DNA of 64,000 bases from Mobula hypostoma (GCF_963921235.1 NC_086108.1:5952001-6016000), one strand, 5' to 3'. Positions 12,901-26,800 are shown, counted from the first letter of the stretch. Notes: generated from the letters alone by a model not told the origin. A program made the numbers and translations.

Positions 12901-14110
12901 GTGGATGTGGTATACTTGGATTTTCAAAAGGCTTTTGACAAGGTCCCACACAGGAGATTAGTGTGCAAACTTAAAGCACACGGTATTGGGGGTATGGTAT
13001 TGATATGGATATGGAATTGGTTGGCAGACAGGAAGCAAAGAGTGGGAATAAACAGGACCTTTTCAGAATGGCAGGCAGTGACTAGTGGGGTACTGCAAGG
13101 CTCAGTGCTGGGACCCCAGTTGTTTACAATATATATTAATGACTTAGATGAGGGAATTAAATGCAGCATCTCCAAGTTTGCGGATGACACGAACCTGAGC
13201 AGCAGTGTTCGCTGTGAGGAGGATGCTAAGAGGATGCAGGGTGTCTTGGATAGGTTAGATGAGTGGGCAAATTCATGGCAGATGCAATTTAATGTGGATA
13301 AATGTGAGGTTACCCACTTTGGTGGCAAAAACAGGAAAACAGATTATTATCTGAATGGTGGCCCATTAGGAAAAGGGGAGGTGCAACGAGACCTGGGTGT
13401 CATTATACACCAGTCATTGAAAGTGGGCATGCAGGTACAGCAGGCGGTGAAAAAGGCGAATGGTATGCTGGCATTTATAGCGAGAGGGTTCGAGTACAGG
13501 AGCAGGGAGGTACTACTGCAGTTGTACAAGGCCTTGGTGAGACCACACCTGGAGTATTGTGTGCAGTTTTGGTCTCCTAATCTGAGGAAAGACATCTTTG
13601 CCATAGAGGGAGTACAAAGAAGGTTCACCAGATTGATTCCTGGGATGGCAGGACTTTCATATGATGAAAGACTGGATCGACTAGGCTTATACTCGCTGGA
13701 ATTTAGAAGATTGAGCGGGGATGTTACTGAAACGTATAAAATCCTAAAAGGATTGGACAGGTTAGATGCAGGAAGATTGTTCCCGATGTTGGGGAAGTCC
13801 AGAATGAAGGGTCACGGTTTAAGGATAAAGGGGAAGTCTTTTAGGACCGAGATGAGGAAAAACTTCTTCACACAGAGAGTGGTGAATCTGTGGAATTCTC
13901 TGCCACAGGAAACAGTTGAGGCCAGTTCATTGGCTATATTTAAGAGGGAGTTAGATATGGCCCTTGTGGCTAAAGGGGTCAGGGGATATGGAGAGAAGGC
14001 AGGTACAGGGTTCTGAGTTGGATGATCAGCCATGATCATACTGAATGGCGGTGCAGGCTCGAAGGGCCGAATGGCCTACTCCTGCGCCTATTTTCTATGT
14101 TTCTATGTTT
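9960..14110 (+). mobile_element. Near-full-length CR1 LINE (5'UTR; ORF1 zinc finger + SGNH esterase 10262-11206; ORF2 APE-RT to 14016), inactivated
   Basis: ORF1 CxxC..CxKC, GDSIVR, PGARV, HIGTND and DGLHL motifs, with a premature TAA at 10343; ORF2 has stops and a ~173-bp deletion at 12620; (tttctatg) tail. Confidence 0.95.
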
Positions 14111-14111
14111 C

Positions 14112-14815
14112 TTTTAGTCAACCACAGTTTTCGGAGTTGTAGTGGAGCGTGTATCAAGCTTCAAACTCCTTGGTGTGCACATTTCCGAGGATCTCACCTG
14201 GTCCCTGAACTCCTCCATCCTGATCAAAAAGGTGCAATAGCGTCTTTATTTCCTGCGGAGCATGAAGAAAGCTCACCTCTGTCCCAGGATACTGACGGAC
14301 TTTTACCGCTGTACCATTGAGAACATACTCACCAACTGCATCTCAGTGTGGTATGGCAATTGTCCCGTATCGGACTGCAAAGCACTCCAGTGTGTGGTGA
14401 AAACTGCCCAGCACCCAATTGCCCACCATTGAGAACACCTACCATAAATGCTGCCTGGGCAGGGCGAAAAGCATTATCAAGGATGCATCTCACCCTAACC
14501 ATGGACTTTTTACTCTCCTCCCATCCGGTAGGCGCTACAGGAGCCTCCGCTCCCGCACCAGCAGGCACAGGAAGAGCTTCTTCCCTGAGGCTGTGACCCT
14601 GCTGAACCTCACACCATACGCTAAGCAGTATTGCACCCATATTATACTGTCTCAGTACTTTTATATTTCTCACTTACTTTTTATTCGCAGTTATTTTGTA
14701 AATAACACCCTTCTTTGCATTTCTGGTTAGGTGCTAACTGCATTTCATTGGCTTTGTATCTGTACTCGGCACAATGACAATAAAGTTGAATCTAAACTGA
14801 TCTAACCTAATCTAA
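14112..14815 (+). mobile_element. Rex1/L2-like LINE 3' fragment
   Basis: IIKDASHPNHGLFTLLPSGRRYRSLRSRTSRHRKSFFPEAVTLLN; aataaa then (atcta)n tail. Confidence 0.85.
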
Positions 14816-15150
14816 TCATTGCACTCATGTGCTGGGTCCAGGACAGATCCTCTGAAATGATGACACCGAGGAATTTCAAGTTGTTAAACCCGATGAGGAC
14901 TGGCGCATCGGCCTCATGTTTCCTCCTCCTGAAGTCAATAATCAGCTTCTTGGTCTTGCTGACATGGAGTAAGAGGTTGTTGTAGCACGACTCAGCCAGA
15001 TTTTCAATCTCCCTCCTATATGTCAATTCGTCACCAGCTGTGATTTGGCCAAAGACAACAGTGTCGTGTGCAAACTTAAATATGGCATTGGAACTGTGCT
15101 TGGCCTCACAGTCATAAATATAAAGCGAGTAGAGCAGGGGACTAGGCACT
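14816..15150 (-). mobile_element. Rex1/L2-like RT fragment
   Basis: SPLLYSLY..KFAHDT..SKTKKLIIDFRR..KFLGV. Confidence 0.8.
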
Positions 15151-15520
15151 CTACCTCTGTCTTTCAATACTTGATGGGTTTCAATGATATTGCCCTCCAT
15201 TCTTCTAAACTCCAGCGATTACAGGCCCACCCAGAGCCATCAAATGCTCTTCATACATTCATACATCTGTTATGTGCCGTTTCGTATGACTTGGGTGATC
15301 ATGGTCTTTCCATTAACATGATTGCTCTTGGCAAAATTTCTCAACAGATGTTGTTTGCCTTTGCCTTCTGGGCAGTGCCTTTACAAGACGGGTGACCTCC
15401 CCAGCCATCATTAATGCTTTCCAGAGATGGTCTGCCTGGCGTTAGTGTTCGCATAACCAGATCTTGTGATATGCACCAGCTGCTCATATGACCATCCACC
15501 ACCTGCTCTCGTCATTTCAC

Positions 15521-17010
15521 ATAGAGTCGTAGAAAAGTACAGCACAGAAGCAGGCCCTTTGGCCCATCTAATCTGTTCTGAACCATTTTAACTGCCTACT
15601 CCCACTGGCCTGCACTGGGACTATAGTCCTCCATCCTGTTACCATCCGTGTATTTATCCAACCTTCTCCTAAATGTTGAAATTGAGCTCACAACGCAGCA
15701 CTTGCGCTGGCAACTCGTTCCACGCTCTGATGACCCTCCGAGTGAAGAAGTTTCCCCTCATGTTCCCCTTAAACTTTTCATCTTTCACCCTTAACACATG
15801 ACTTCTAGTTGTAGACCTCAAAGGAAAAAGCCTGATTGCAGTTACCCTGTCTATACCCTTCATAATTTTGTATACCTCTATGAAATCTCCTCTCAATCTT
15901 CTGTGTTCCAAGAAATAAAGTCCTAACCTATTCAATCTTTCCCCTTAACTCAGGTCCTCCAGACCCAGGAACTTTCTTGTAAACTTTCTCTGCACTCTTT
16001 CAACCTTATTTACATCTTTCTTGCAGGTAGGTGACCAAAACTGCACACGATACTCCAAATTAGGCCTCACCAACATCTTAAACAACTTCAAAATAACATC
16101 CCTTTTCCTGTACTCAATATTTGGATTTCTGAAAAACCAATGCACCAAAAGCTTTCTTTATGACTCTATTTACCGGTGCTACCACTCTCAATGAATTATG
16201 GACCTGTATTCCCAGATCTCTCTGTTCTACCACACTCATCAGAACCCTAAACTTCACTGTGTAAGAACATAAGAACATAAGAAATAGGAGCAGGAGTCGG
16301 CCATCTGGCCGGTCGAGCCTGCTCTGCCATTCAATAAGATCATGGCTGATCTGGCCATGGACGCATTCTCCACCTACCTGCCTTTCCCCCATAACCTTTA
16401 ATTTCCCTATTATGCAAAAATCTATCCAATCTTGTCTGAAATATATTTACTGAGGTAGCCTCCATGGCTTCATTGGGCAGAGAATTCCACAGAGTCACCA
16501 CTCTCTGGGAAAAGCAGTTCCTCCTCATCTCCGTCCTAAATCTACTCCCCTGAATCTTGAGGCTATGTCTTCAGGAACAGACTTACCCTGGTTGGTCCTA
16601 CAGAAGTGCAATGCCTCACACTTGTCTACATTTAATTTCATCTGCCATTTTTCAGTCTAATTTTGCTGCTGCCCAGATGCCACTGTAAGCCATGATAGTC
16701 TAACTCACTGTTCACTACACCCTCAATCTTGGTGTCATCTGCAAATTTGCTGATCCAGTTAACCACATTATCATCTTGATCATTGATATAGATGACATAC
16801 AACAACTGACCCAGCACTAATCCCTGTGGCACTCCACTACTCACAGGCCTCCAGTCAGAGAGGCAACCCTCTACTATCACTCTACGGCTTCTTTCAATGT
16901 CTAATCCAATTTACTAATTTATCTTGAATGCTTGAATTTATCTTGACCAACCACCCATGTGGGATCTTGTCAAGTGCCTTGACAAAGTCCATGTAGACAA
17001 TATCCACTGC
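15521..17010 (-). mobile_element. Degraded CR1 LINE with a nested CR1 3' end at ~16262-16570
   Basis: GVPQG, KFADDT, RPNLEY and NFFTRRV motifs on the minus strand; inner (ttcttatg)n tail. Confidence 0.85.
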
Positions 17011-17741
17011 CTTTGGTGCTGAAGACACAAAACCATGGAAACAGAAAAAGAATAATTCATAATAATAAGTAAATAAGCAATAAATATTGAGAACATGAGA
17101 TGAAGAGTCCTTGAAAGTGAGTCCATTTGTTGTTGGAACATTTCAATGATGGAGCAAGTGAAGTTGAGTGATGTTATCCCCTTTGGTTCAAGAGCTGGTG
17201 TCTGAGGGGTAGTAACTGTTCCTGAATCTGGTGGTGTGAGTCTTGAGGCTCTGTATTGTCTTCCTGATGGCAGCAGTGAGAAGACAGTATGTCCTTACAA
17301 GAAATGCAGAACAGAAGGTCTCGGATGACTCTCGACCTTCTTCTCTGGAACAGAGGAACTGTTGGCTGAAAAAAGATGAGATTCCATCCAGTCCAGTTCC
17401 TACAGCCTTGGTTGGTAAGAGAGTCAACAAGATTGGAATCACAGTAATCAGTCACGGGAGTGAAGGAGATGAGAGGCAACTTGCTTTGAAGAGACATGGA
17501 TTGAGTGGATAGCCAGAGACTTTTTCCCAGGGCAGAAATGGCAGGGGGCATAATTTTTAGGTGGTTGGAGGAAAGTAGAGGGGGGATGTCAGAGGTAAGT
17601 GTTTTTTTCACAGAGAGTGTTGAGCACATGGAACCTGCTGCCAGGGGTGGTGGTAGAGGGAGATCCATTAGGGATATTCAAGGGACTCTTAGACAGACAC
17701 GTGGATGATAGAAAAATGGAGGGCTATGTAGGAGGAACATC

Positions 17742-18071
17742 CAACAGGACCACAACCGAGAAGGTTTGGAGGCTTGTGTGCCACAATGACTCAGAAAATT
17801 ATGTTGGCTGGAGTCAAGGCCTTGTGGTTTGACTCTTGGTAGGGTCTCCCATGACACAGAGGTCAAAAGGTAGAGGCTAGACTAAGAGTGGTTCACCATC
17901 CTCCGGGTTTTGGGGTTAAGCTCTGGTCTAACAACCCTGACTTGTCAAACAAAATTATTAAGGAAACGGCAATGAAGAACCTTCTACATCTATGTGCGAC
18001 AGTATGGACACAGAGATGGAGGACTTTCATTGCTACCCTAAATGCCAGTGGAGTAATGGGCGGTAAGTAAG
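17742..18071 (+). mobile_element. RTE-derived short non-autonomous element
   Basis: Second copy in reverse at ~21303-21640; ends ggcggtaagtaag. Confidence 0.65.
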
Positions 18072-18249
18072 CAGGTGGAAAGGGACCGTTAGATTGATCT
18101 TGGAGTAGCTTTAAAGCTCAGCAAACATGATAGGCCAAAAGACCTGCTGTGTTCCATTTTACTATGCCATATTCTGCCGTTAAATAAATTACACTTTTCC
18201 ATTGCCTGAATTCACAACTGGAACTCAAATTTCCGGTGCAGTGTGATTT

Positions 18250-21115
18250 CAAAGTTCAAAGTAAACTTTATTATCAAAGTACACCATATACAACCCTGAG
18301 ATTCATTTTCCTGCGGGCATACTCAGCAAATCTATAGAGTAGTAACTATAACAGGATCAATGAAAGATCAACCAGAGTGCAGAGGACAACAAACTGTGCA
18401 AATGCAAATATAAATAAATAGCAATAAATAATGAGAACATGAGATGAAGAGTCCATTGGTTGTGGGAACATTTCAATGATGGGGCAAGTGAAGTTGAGTG
18501 AAGTTAACCCCTTTGGTTGAAGAGCCTGTAGGTTGAGGGGTAGCAACTGTTATTGAACCTGGTGATGTGAGGCCTGAGCCTCTTGGACCTTCTACCTGAT
18601 GGCAGCAGAGAGAAGAGAGCATGGCCTGGGTGGTGAGGATCCCTGATGATGGATGCTACTTTCCTACAACAGTGTTTCATGTATGTGTCATTAAGTGTGT
18701 GCATAATAAAGAACTTCAGTTCCCAGTGGGCAATGCAGGTGGTTCACCCAGAACTGGAAATGGAGGTAGTGAGCTGGTCGTACTTGCACATGTAGAACAC
18801 AGTTCAGCTGGAGCCATTGAGGATAAAATGTTCTAGTGTTTCCTCATGCAGTTATTCTTTATTAAGAACAAACATAACAATGTAAATGTGCTCAATGGTG
18901 GGGATGGCTTTACCCATGATGCAACGGGCTGACTCCACTAGTTTAGCAGGGTTTTCTGTTCACGGGCTTTGGTGTGTCCATACCAGCCCGTGATGTAGCC
19001 AGTCAATTCACTCTCTAAAACACATCTATAGAAGATCTGACCTTGCATTAAAGTATTACTCTGTAAGTAAGTGTCTTTCTAGGTCTCTGCTTTAATGCAT
19101 GTCCCAACAATGCATTGTGTAAAAGAAGATGTCATGTAAATAAAAGTTCAAAGTAAAATATATTATCAAAGTACATACTGTACATGTCACCACATACAAC
19201 CCTGAGATTGTTTTTCTGTGGGCAATCTTAGCAAATCTATAGAACAGTAATTGTAAATAGGATCTGTAAACATCAGGAAATATAAACTGTAAACAAACTG
19301 TGCTAATGCTGATAATAAATGAATAGCAATAAATAACGAGCATGAAATAACAGGATCAAATAGTCCTAAATGAGTGTACTGATCTCCTTTTGTTTAAGAG
19401 CCTGATGGTTGAGGGGTAGTAACTGTTCTTGAACCTGGTGGTGTAAGTCCTGAAACACCTGTACCTTCTACCTGATGCAGCAGTGAGAAAAGACTATGGC
19501 CTGGATGGTGAGGATCTTTGATGATAGATACTGCCTTCTTGCAGCAACATTTCATGTAGATGTGCTCAATGGTTCGGAGGGCTTTACCCATGATGTACTG
19601 GGCCAAGTCCACTATCTTTAGTAGGATTTTCTGCTCAAAAACATTGATGTTCCCATACCAGCCAGTATGCACACTTCCTTCTATAGACGTTTGCCAAGGT
19701 TTTTGATTAATCGAAAGGAGGGCAGAGCATAGTCATGATAGCACTAAATGGCAATTGCTCTGCTTGCAGCTCTGTTTCTATTTCTGATATCTCTTTTTTT
19801 CCCTTTCAAGGTTATTTTGAAGACCCTGACCTGGAGTTGCACTCTGACTTTGGTTCTTTGTGGGAATGGGACCCTCTCTCAGGACCTCACAACCGGCCGC
19901 TCTTGATATCCCAAGGACACGGCCTGGAAGACTAGTGCACCTTCAGGGAGCTGGATTTTCGTGGCTCTGGAGACGGGCTGATTCAAGGCTGGTGCCACCG
20001 ACTGAGGTGTCAGAGGAAAACCAGAACACCGGAAGCAGCGGGCTACTGGCTGCATGCCCAGAGAACTGAGTTCTTTGGGCACAGAGCTCGGAAAAAGCTA
20101 CGCAACAGACTTTTAACATCATAAATCAGTGAGTTGTTTGTTATGTCTCCACTCTCACTGTGAAACACGGACACCTCTTTTTCCATTGTTAGAGAGAGAG
20201 AGGGTCTGTGGTATGTTGAATTACCGGGTGTACGATAGTCTTTGGGGTACTGCAAGTCTGTGTCTTTATTGATGCTTTGTCGCACGCTTGAGTGCTCGGT
20301 GGAGGGGGCTGATTTTTTTTGCTGGTGGGGGTGGGGAAGTCATCTGAGTGTGCATGGGAAGGTGGAGCTGGGGAGGGGCTTTGGGGTTCTAACGTTTAAT
20401 TGTCATTCATTCTCTCCTCTGTTTTCGTGGATGTTTGTGAAGAAAAAGAATTTCAGGACGTATATTGGACATATTTCTCTGACATTAAATGTACCTATTG
20501 AATCTATTGAATCTCCACAGACTCACAATTATATTTATATGACAGGTATAGCACAGGTCCTCTGAGATAGTGACAACCAGGAATTTAAAGCTGCTGATTC
20601 TCACCACCTTTGATACAGTGGTGGTGTCATTAGCAAACTTGTATATGGTGTTGGAGCTGTACTTAGCTGCCTCTACTTGTTTTACAGGTGTAAAACAAGT
20701 AGAGGCGGGGTTTAAGTAGACATCCCCGAGGTGCTCCTGTGCCGACGGAGATTGTGGAGGAGATGTTTTGTCCAATCTGAACTGACTTGGGTCTACAAGT
20801 GAAGAAATCCAGGATCCAATTGCACAAGGGCCACATCTTGGAGTTCACTGATTAGTTTTATGATGGTGTTAAATGCCAAGCTGTAGTCGATAAAGAACAT
20901 CCTGACGTGTGCACCTCTGTTGTCCAGATGTTCCAGAGTTGTGTGTAGAGCCAACAAGATAGCATCTGCTGTCGACTCGTTGCTTCGGAAGACACACTGG
21001 AGCTGATCAAAGTCGCCACTCAGACGAGAGCTGCTATGCTTCAACACCAGCCTCTCAAAACACCTCATCACTGTGGGTGTCAGTGCCTCTGGGTGATGGT
21101 CATTTAAACAGGTTA
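18250..21115 (-). mobile_element. Cluster of Rex1/L2-like LINE fragments (18250-18690, 18880-19040, 19145-19710, 20550-21115) plus a + strand non-coding retroposon (~19720-20515)
   Basis: IIRDPHHPGHALFSLLPSGRR and FIDYSLAFNTII motifs; shared 3' tails. Confidence 0.7.
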
Positions 21116-21302
21116 CCACACTCTTTGTGTTGTTCTAATGAACAGATTAGAAGAGATAGACAATGTTTTGGGCCAAGTCCCGTCTTCAGGAGTCTTTCAT
21201 CACCAACTATATTAGAATGTGAACTCATCTGTTTTCTGTTTCAGGCAAGACCTGCTTCCCAAGAAGTTCCTAATGCAATCCAGTGATCTACTGGTGTGGA
21301 TA

Positions 21303-21640
21303 GACTTACTGCCTGTTATGCCACTGGCAATTAGGGCAGCACTGAAGGTCCTTCATCTCTGCCTGTCCGTACCGTCACACGCAGATGTAGAAGGATTCTT
21401 CATTGCTGTTTCTGTAACAATTTTGTTTTACCAGACGGGGTTGTTAGGTCTGAGCTGAACCCCCGAACCTGGAGAACCAATGGACCACTCTTGGTCTGGC
21501 CTCTACTCTTTGACCTGTTTGACGTGGGTGACCCTACCAAGAGCCAAAGCATAAAGCCCTGGCTTCGGCCAACATAGCTCCCCAAGTCACTGAGGCACGC
21601 AAGCCTCCAAACCCAAAGCCAGGGTTGTGGTCCTCTTGGA
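21303..21640 (-). mobile_element. RTE-derived short non-autonomous element (copy of 17742-18071)
   Basis: Reverse-complement similarity along its length. Confidence 0.65.
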
Positions 21641-22139
21641 ACAATGGTGAAGATATAAAGATTGAAATGGGTTTAGGTTGGAGGTGAGAGAGAGGAAAAG
21701 AAGAATTTCCCAATCATCTTTCTTTGACTGAAAGGTTCATTGACTTTCACTGTGAAAGACAGCAACTTCACACCAAGATGAGCAGGGCTTCAGTTCAGGA
21801 TAAAGACCACCAGAGCCCAAGGTCACCAATTCATTGTTGCTGTCCCGCCATGTTGGTGGTCTGGGCACCAGCTCAATGGCAAGTTCTGAATCAGAAGAGA
21901 TTCTTTTTTCCAAGTCATGTGCACAAGATCAATGTCTTGTACCAATAGAACCAGGCTTTGTGGATGGATTTAGGACCAAAAGAAAGTTAAAACTAAATGC
22001 AAAGAGACAAGTCTGGCTAGTCTCTAAGGTTGCAGACTCTATCACTGTGCTGTCTTCCAGATGTATATGCTATGTTTTAAGAACATAAGAACTTGAGACA
22101 TTGGAGCAGAATTAGGCCATTCATCCCATCGAGTCTGTT

Positions 22140-22787
22140 ATTATTATTATTATGAGGACACGCAGTCCCCTTTTATTGTCATTTAGTAATTCATGCATTA
22201 AGAAATGATAAAAATGTTTTTCCAGAATGATATCACGAAAACACATGACAAACCGACTTAAAAACTAACAAAAACCACATAATTATAACATATAGTTACA
22301 ACAGTGCAAAGCAATACCGTAATTTGATAAGAACAGACCATGGCACAGTAAAGTCTCAAAGTCTCTCGAAAGTCCCATCATCTCACACAGACGGTAAACC
22401 TCCAGCGCCGCCAACTTGCCGATGCAGCATCCCGGAAGCATCCGACCACAGTCCGACTCCGAGTCCGTCCGAAAAACTCCGAGCCTCCGACCACCTCTTT
22501 GACACCAAGCACCGAGCACCATCTCTGCTGGGCGTTTCGACCCCGGCCCCGGCAACAGGCGATACGCAAAGCCGAGGATTTGGGGCCTTCGTCTCTGGAG
22601 ATTCTTGATCGCACAGTAGCAGCGGCAGCAAAGCAGGCATTTCAGAAGTTACTCCAGATGTTCCTCTGCGCTTCTCACGGCTGTCCCCATCAAATCCGGA
22701 TTGTGCACGGCACCCCTAGTTACATATATCGATATTCATTCGGAACGGCCGTGCGTGCTGCGTCTCGTCGCCATCTTCTCCTCCCTC
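22140..22787 (-). repeat. Non-coding GC-rich retroposon inserted in a CR1 3'UTR
   Basis: Starts gggaggagaagatggcg and ends aataaaagggg...(ata)n; splits the CR1 3'UTR between 22080-22138 and ~22811. Confidence 0.7.
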
Positions 22788-22810
22788 CTACGAACACTCT
22801 CCTCCTCCTA

Positions 22811-23855
22811 AGTCTGTTCTGCCATTTCATCAAGGCTGATTTATTATCCAACTCAACCCCATTCTCCTACCTTCTCCCTGTATCCTTCAACACCCTGACT
22901 AATCAAGAATCTATCAACCTCTGCCTTAAATATACCCAATGACTTGGCCTCCACTGCAGTCTGTGGCAATGAATTCCACAGTTTCACTACCTTCTAGCTA
23001 AAGAAATTCCCCATTATCTTTGTTCTAAATGGACGTCCCTCTATTATGAGGCTGTGCCCTCTGGTGCTAGACTCTCACATTATTGGAACCATTCTCTCCA
23101 CATCCACTCTATCTAGGCCTTTCAATATTCAATAGGTTTCAATGAGGTCACCCACTTGGTCTTTTAAACTCCAGCAAGTACAGGCCCGGAGCCATCAAAC
23201 GTGCCTCATATGTTAACTCTTTTGTTCCTGGAATCTTTCTCATGACTCCTCTCCAATGCCAGCACATCTTTTCACATATAAGGAGTCTATAACTGCTCAC
23301 GATAATCCAAGTATAGTTTCAACAATGCCATATAAAGCCTTGGCCTTACACCCTTGCTTTTATAAACTAATCCTCTGGAAATGAATGCTAACATTGCATT
23401 TGTCTTCTTTACCACTGAATCAACCTGCAAATTAACCTTTAGAGAATCCTACACAAGGACTCCCTTTGCAGACTTTTTACACCTCTGACTTTTGGATTTT
23501 AGAAAATAGTCTATGCCTTTATTCCTTCTACTAAAGTGCATGGCCATACACTTCCCCACATTATATTCCATCTCCCCCAATCTAAGTCCTTCTACAGACA
23601 CCCTGCTTCCTCAACAGTACCTGCCCCTCACCTATCTTCAAAACGTCCACAAACTTGGCCACAAAGCCATCAATTCTTTCATCCAAATCTTTGTCATATA
23701 ACATGAAAAGAATTGGTCCCAACACAGTCCCCTGCACAACACCCCACTGCAAGTCAGCCAATCTTCTGTCCATACTAGTATCTCTCCTGTAATACCATTG
23801 GCTCTTATCTTGTTAAGCAGTCTCATGTGCAGCACCTTGTCAAAGGCCTTTTGCC
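22811..23855 (-). mobile_element. Degraded CR1 LINE RT and 3' end
   Basis: HMRLLNKIRANGITG and QGTVLGP motifs; CR1 3'UTR. Confidence 0.85.
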
Positions 23856-24574
23856 TAGGTCAGCCTACCACACTCCATGTTTCCCCTGCTAACTCCATGC
23901 AAATTGAATTTCAATTCCATTGAACTGAAGTTTAATTGTCATTCAACCATACTTGAATAGCCATGTAGACAGGCAAACGAGACAGTGTTACTCTGGGGTC
24001 AAGGTACAAAAGACAGTACCAACAATCACACACAGCACAAAGCACATATAGTAAATACAAGATCACAAGGACATAAAGACATCAGTCAGATACAGCCATG
24101 CAAAAAAAGTCCAGACCTGAACCATGAATGCTGCTGGAATCAATGGTTGACCACAATACAGCTTGCCTTCTGCCGAGCGAACACAGGGGGTGTGGGGTGC
24201 GGCATCGATTCCAACCTGGACATCACGCCACACCACCCACAGTGGAGCTCACTGGCTCTGATGCCTCTCTTCTGGCAGCTGTAAACTCTGGCAACACCAT
24301 GGTTCGAGGCCTAGTCCTCGTTCGGACCGAGACCACACAGCACCCTAGCCATCCACCCCTGCTCTCTGCCAGTAAATCGGCGAATGGAACTTGCGGCATA
24401 CCACATTAACGATGTCCAAAAAGGTCTTGCAATCACAATAAAAGTGACCAAGACAGCCCCTCACTATTAGACTGTAGGCCTCTTTCGACTCAGGCAGCAG
24501 CACGATGCACAGCTCCTTCACTTTCTCCACCAACAAGCAACTTGCTGATGGGGTGGAGCTGTAGTACCGCAAGT

Positions 24575-25050
24575 TCTAAATATCTGGTTATCCTTTTACT
24601 CTTCATGTATGTATAGAATGCCTTGAGATTCAACTTAATTCTACTTGCCAAGGACTTTTCATAGCCTCTCCTAGATTTCCTAATTCCCTTCCTCAGTTCT
24701 TTTCTGCCTTGTTGATACTGCTCATGTGCTTTGTGTGATCCTGACTTCCGAAGCTTTATATACTTTTCCTTTCTCTCCTTGACTAAATCCATCACCTCTC
24801 TGGATATCTAAGATTCTCTTATCTTTCCATCCCGTCCTTTCTTCTAACAGGAACATACCTTTCCTGTACTCTGTGCAATTGATCTTTAAATACCCTCCAT
24901 GTGTCTGATGCAGACTTGCCAGAGAAAAGGTGTTCCCAATTAACGCTTCTTAGTTCCTGCCCAATGCCCTCGTAATTTGCCCTACTCCAATTTAAAACTC
25001 TCTCACTGGACCATACCTATACTTATCTATGGTTATCCTGAAAGTTAAGG
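24575..25050 (-). mobile_element. CR1 ORF2 middle fragment
   Basis: RRGYEKSLASRIKLNLKAFYTYMKSKR. Confidence 0.75.
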
Positions 25051-25051
25051 A

Positions 25052-25245
25052 CAAACACAAGACAATCTGCAGATGCTAAAAATCCAATCAACACACACAA
25101 AATACTGGGGGAACTCAGTAGGTCAGGTAGTATCTATGGAAAAGAGTAAACTGTTGACGTTTCGGGCCTAGACCCTTCATTAGGACTGGGAAAAAAGATG
25201 ACAAGTCAGAGCAAGAAGGTGGGGGGAGGGGAGGAAGAAGCAGAA
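25052..25245 (-). mobile_element. Penelope-like terminal-repeat fragment with decayed hammerhead core
   Basis: Minus strand CTAATGA-AGGGTCTAGGCCC-GAAAC-GTC (25156-25183); tctgcagatgct end motif. Confidence 0.65.
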
Positions 25246-26439
25246 GTTAGGGAGTTGTGGTCACTCTTCCCTAATTGTTCACCCACTGAAAGGCCAGTCA
25301 CCTGGCCCGGCTCATTACCCAACAGCAGGCCCAGTAAGGCCCCTCTTCTCGTTGGGGTAGGCCTGCAGTACTTTAAGTTCTTAATGTCCAGGATTTTGTG
25401 ATCATAAAAAATGACCCCCTAGAAGCTGCTGCATTCGAACGCGCCACCATCTCACTGGTTTTTCAACATGTTAGCAAGTTCTTACTTTACACTCAGAACA
25501 ATCCTTACAACTCAGGCAATGTTCTTGATACAGTAACCAGGTGCCAAGAAACATCAGAATCAGCGATGATGATTTTAATGTTGCTGGATTAGAAATAATT
25601 ATTTGTACTTGCCCTAATTACCTCAATCACTCGGCTCTGCTGGTGGCCTGCATTATGGCAGACGTCTCCCAGTGTGGTCCCAAAGCTTATGGACCAGGTA
25701 AACTTGTGTTTTGTATCTAGGCTAATTTCAGAGTACATTTATTATCAAAGTTATATACATTATATAACATTGAGAATTTTTTCCTGCCATTCATTCTTTA
25801 GGGGTTTTCTTCTGTTTGGTGGATGTCTGTGGAGAGTAAAAATTTCAGGTTGTATACATTCTCCCCATATGAAATTGAACCATTGAACCATTAACAGGCA
25901 GCCATGAAACAGGGAAATGCAAAAAACATTTTTAAAAAGATCTTTGAATACCCAATGGGCAGAGAGAAGAAAAAAAATCATGCAAATAATAACTGCAAGC
26001 AAATAACATTCTGAACTGAAGTCTACAAAGAGAATCCAAGACCTATAGTTTGTAAGTGTCGTGGATCAACAAGCCAAACCAGCCCATTCCTCACCTTGGG
26101 CCCCTGACACCCTGACCTTTTCAATCTGGCCTGGTGCCTGAACTGTTGTCCAAACCCTGCTAATTCAGCCTACACCTGATCTTCCTGATTCAGCCTGGTG
26201 CTTAAATCGTTGTCCAAACATTGGGTTCAGTCTCTGGGTTCCGGACCCTGCCACCTCGATTCCGTCTGTACCCGATCTTTCTGATCAAACCTCAGGTCTT
26301 CCTTGCTCTCGGGGAGGTGCCTGCTGCCTCACCTTGCCTCGTTTTTGCCGCATTAAATTGCCTCCAAGTCCAACAGGAACTGACAGACTATTGCTTGCGA
26401 TGATCATTTGCCAGAAAAAGCGTGATAGCAAAGAATTTA

Positions 26440-26800
26440 CAGTGGTGCTAGAAAGTTTGTGAAACCTAAAATATGATCAGATCTTCATGTAAGTCCTAAA
26501 ACTTGATAAACAGAACCCAATTAAATAAATAACACAAAAAACTTTATACTTGTTCACTTATTAATTGAGAAAAATGATACAATATTACATGTATTTGTTG
26601 GAAGAAATATGTGAACCTCTGGGGTAATGCCTTCTACAAAAGTTATTTGGTGTTCCCATCAATGAGATGAGACTGAAGGTGTGGGTTGTAGAGGTGCCCT
26701 GCCCTATAAAAAAGACGCACAAAGTCAGATTACTGATGGAGCCTGCTCTTCTCAGAAAAGATTTGTTTATGTGCACCATGCCTCGATCAAAACAAGCTTT
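26440..26800 (+). mobile_element. Tc1-like transposon 5' fragment
   Basis: TA|cagtggtgctagaaagtttgtgaa terminus; transposase start atgcctcgatcaaaacaa (MPRSKQ) at 26778. Confidence 0.7.

Noticed and set aside
17299..17365. Minus-strand 67-nt segment bounded by ttttttcAG and GTaagg
   Set aside because: No recognisable protein in any frame; cannot be supported without RNA data
21735..21885. Minus-strand candidate terminal exon (LAIELVPRPPTWRDSNNELV...)
   Set aside because: Acceptor-like site and open frame, but no recognisable homology
25640..25702. + strand GGLHYGRRLPVWSQ resembles the missing ALKBH6 segment (GGLPHP..RLPPWLQ)
   Set aside because: Lies ~30 kb upstream of the expected position, has no acceptor, ends in a stop and lacks NHVLVN; probably chance
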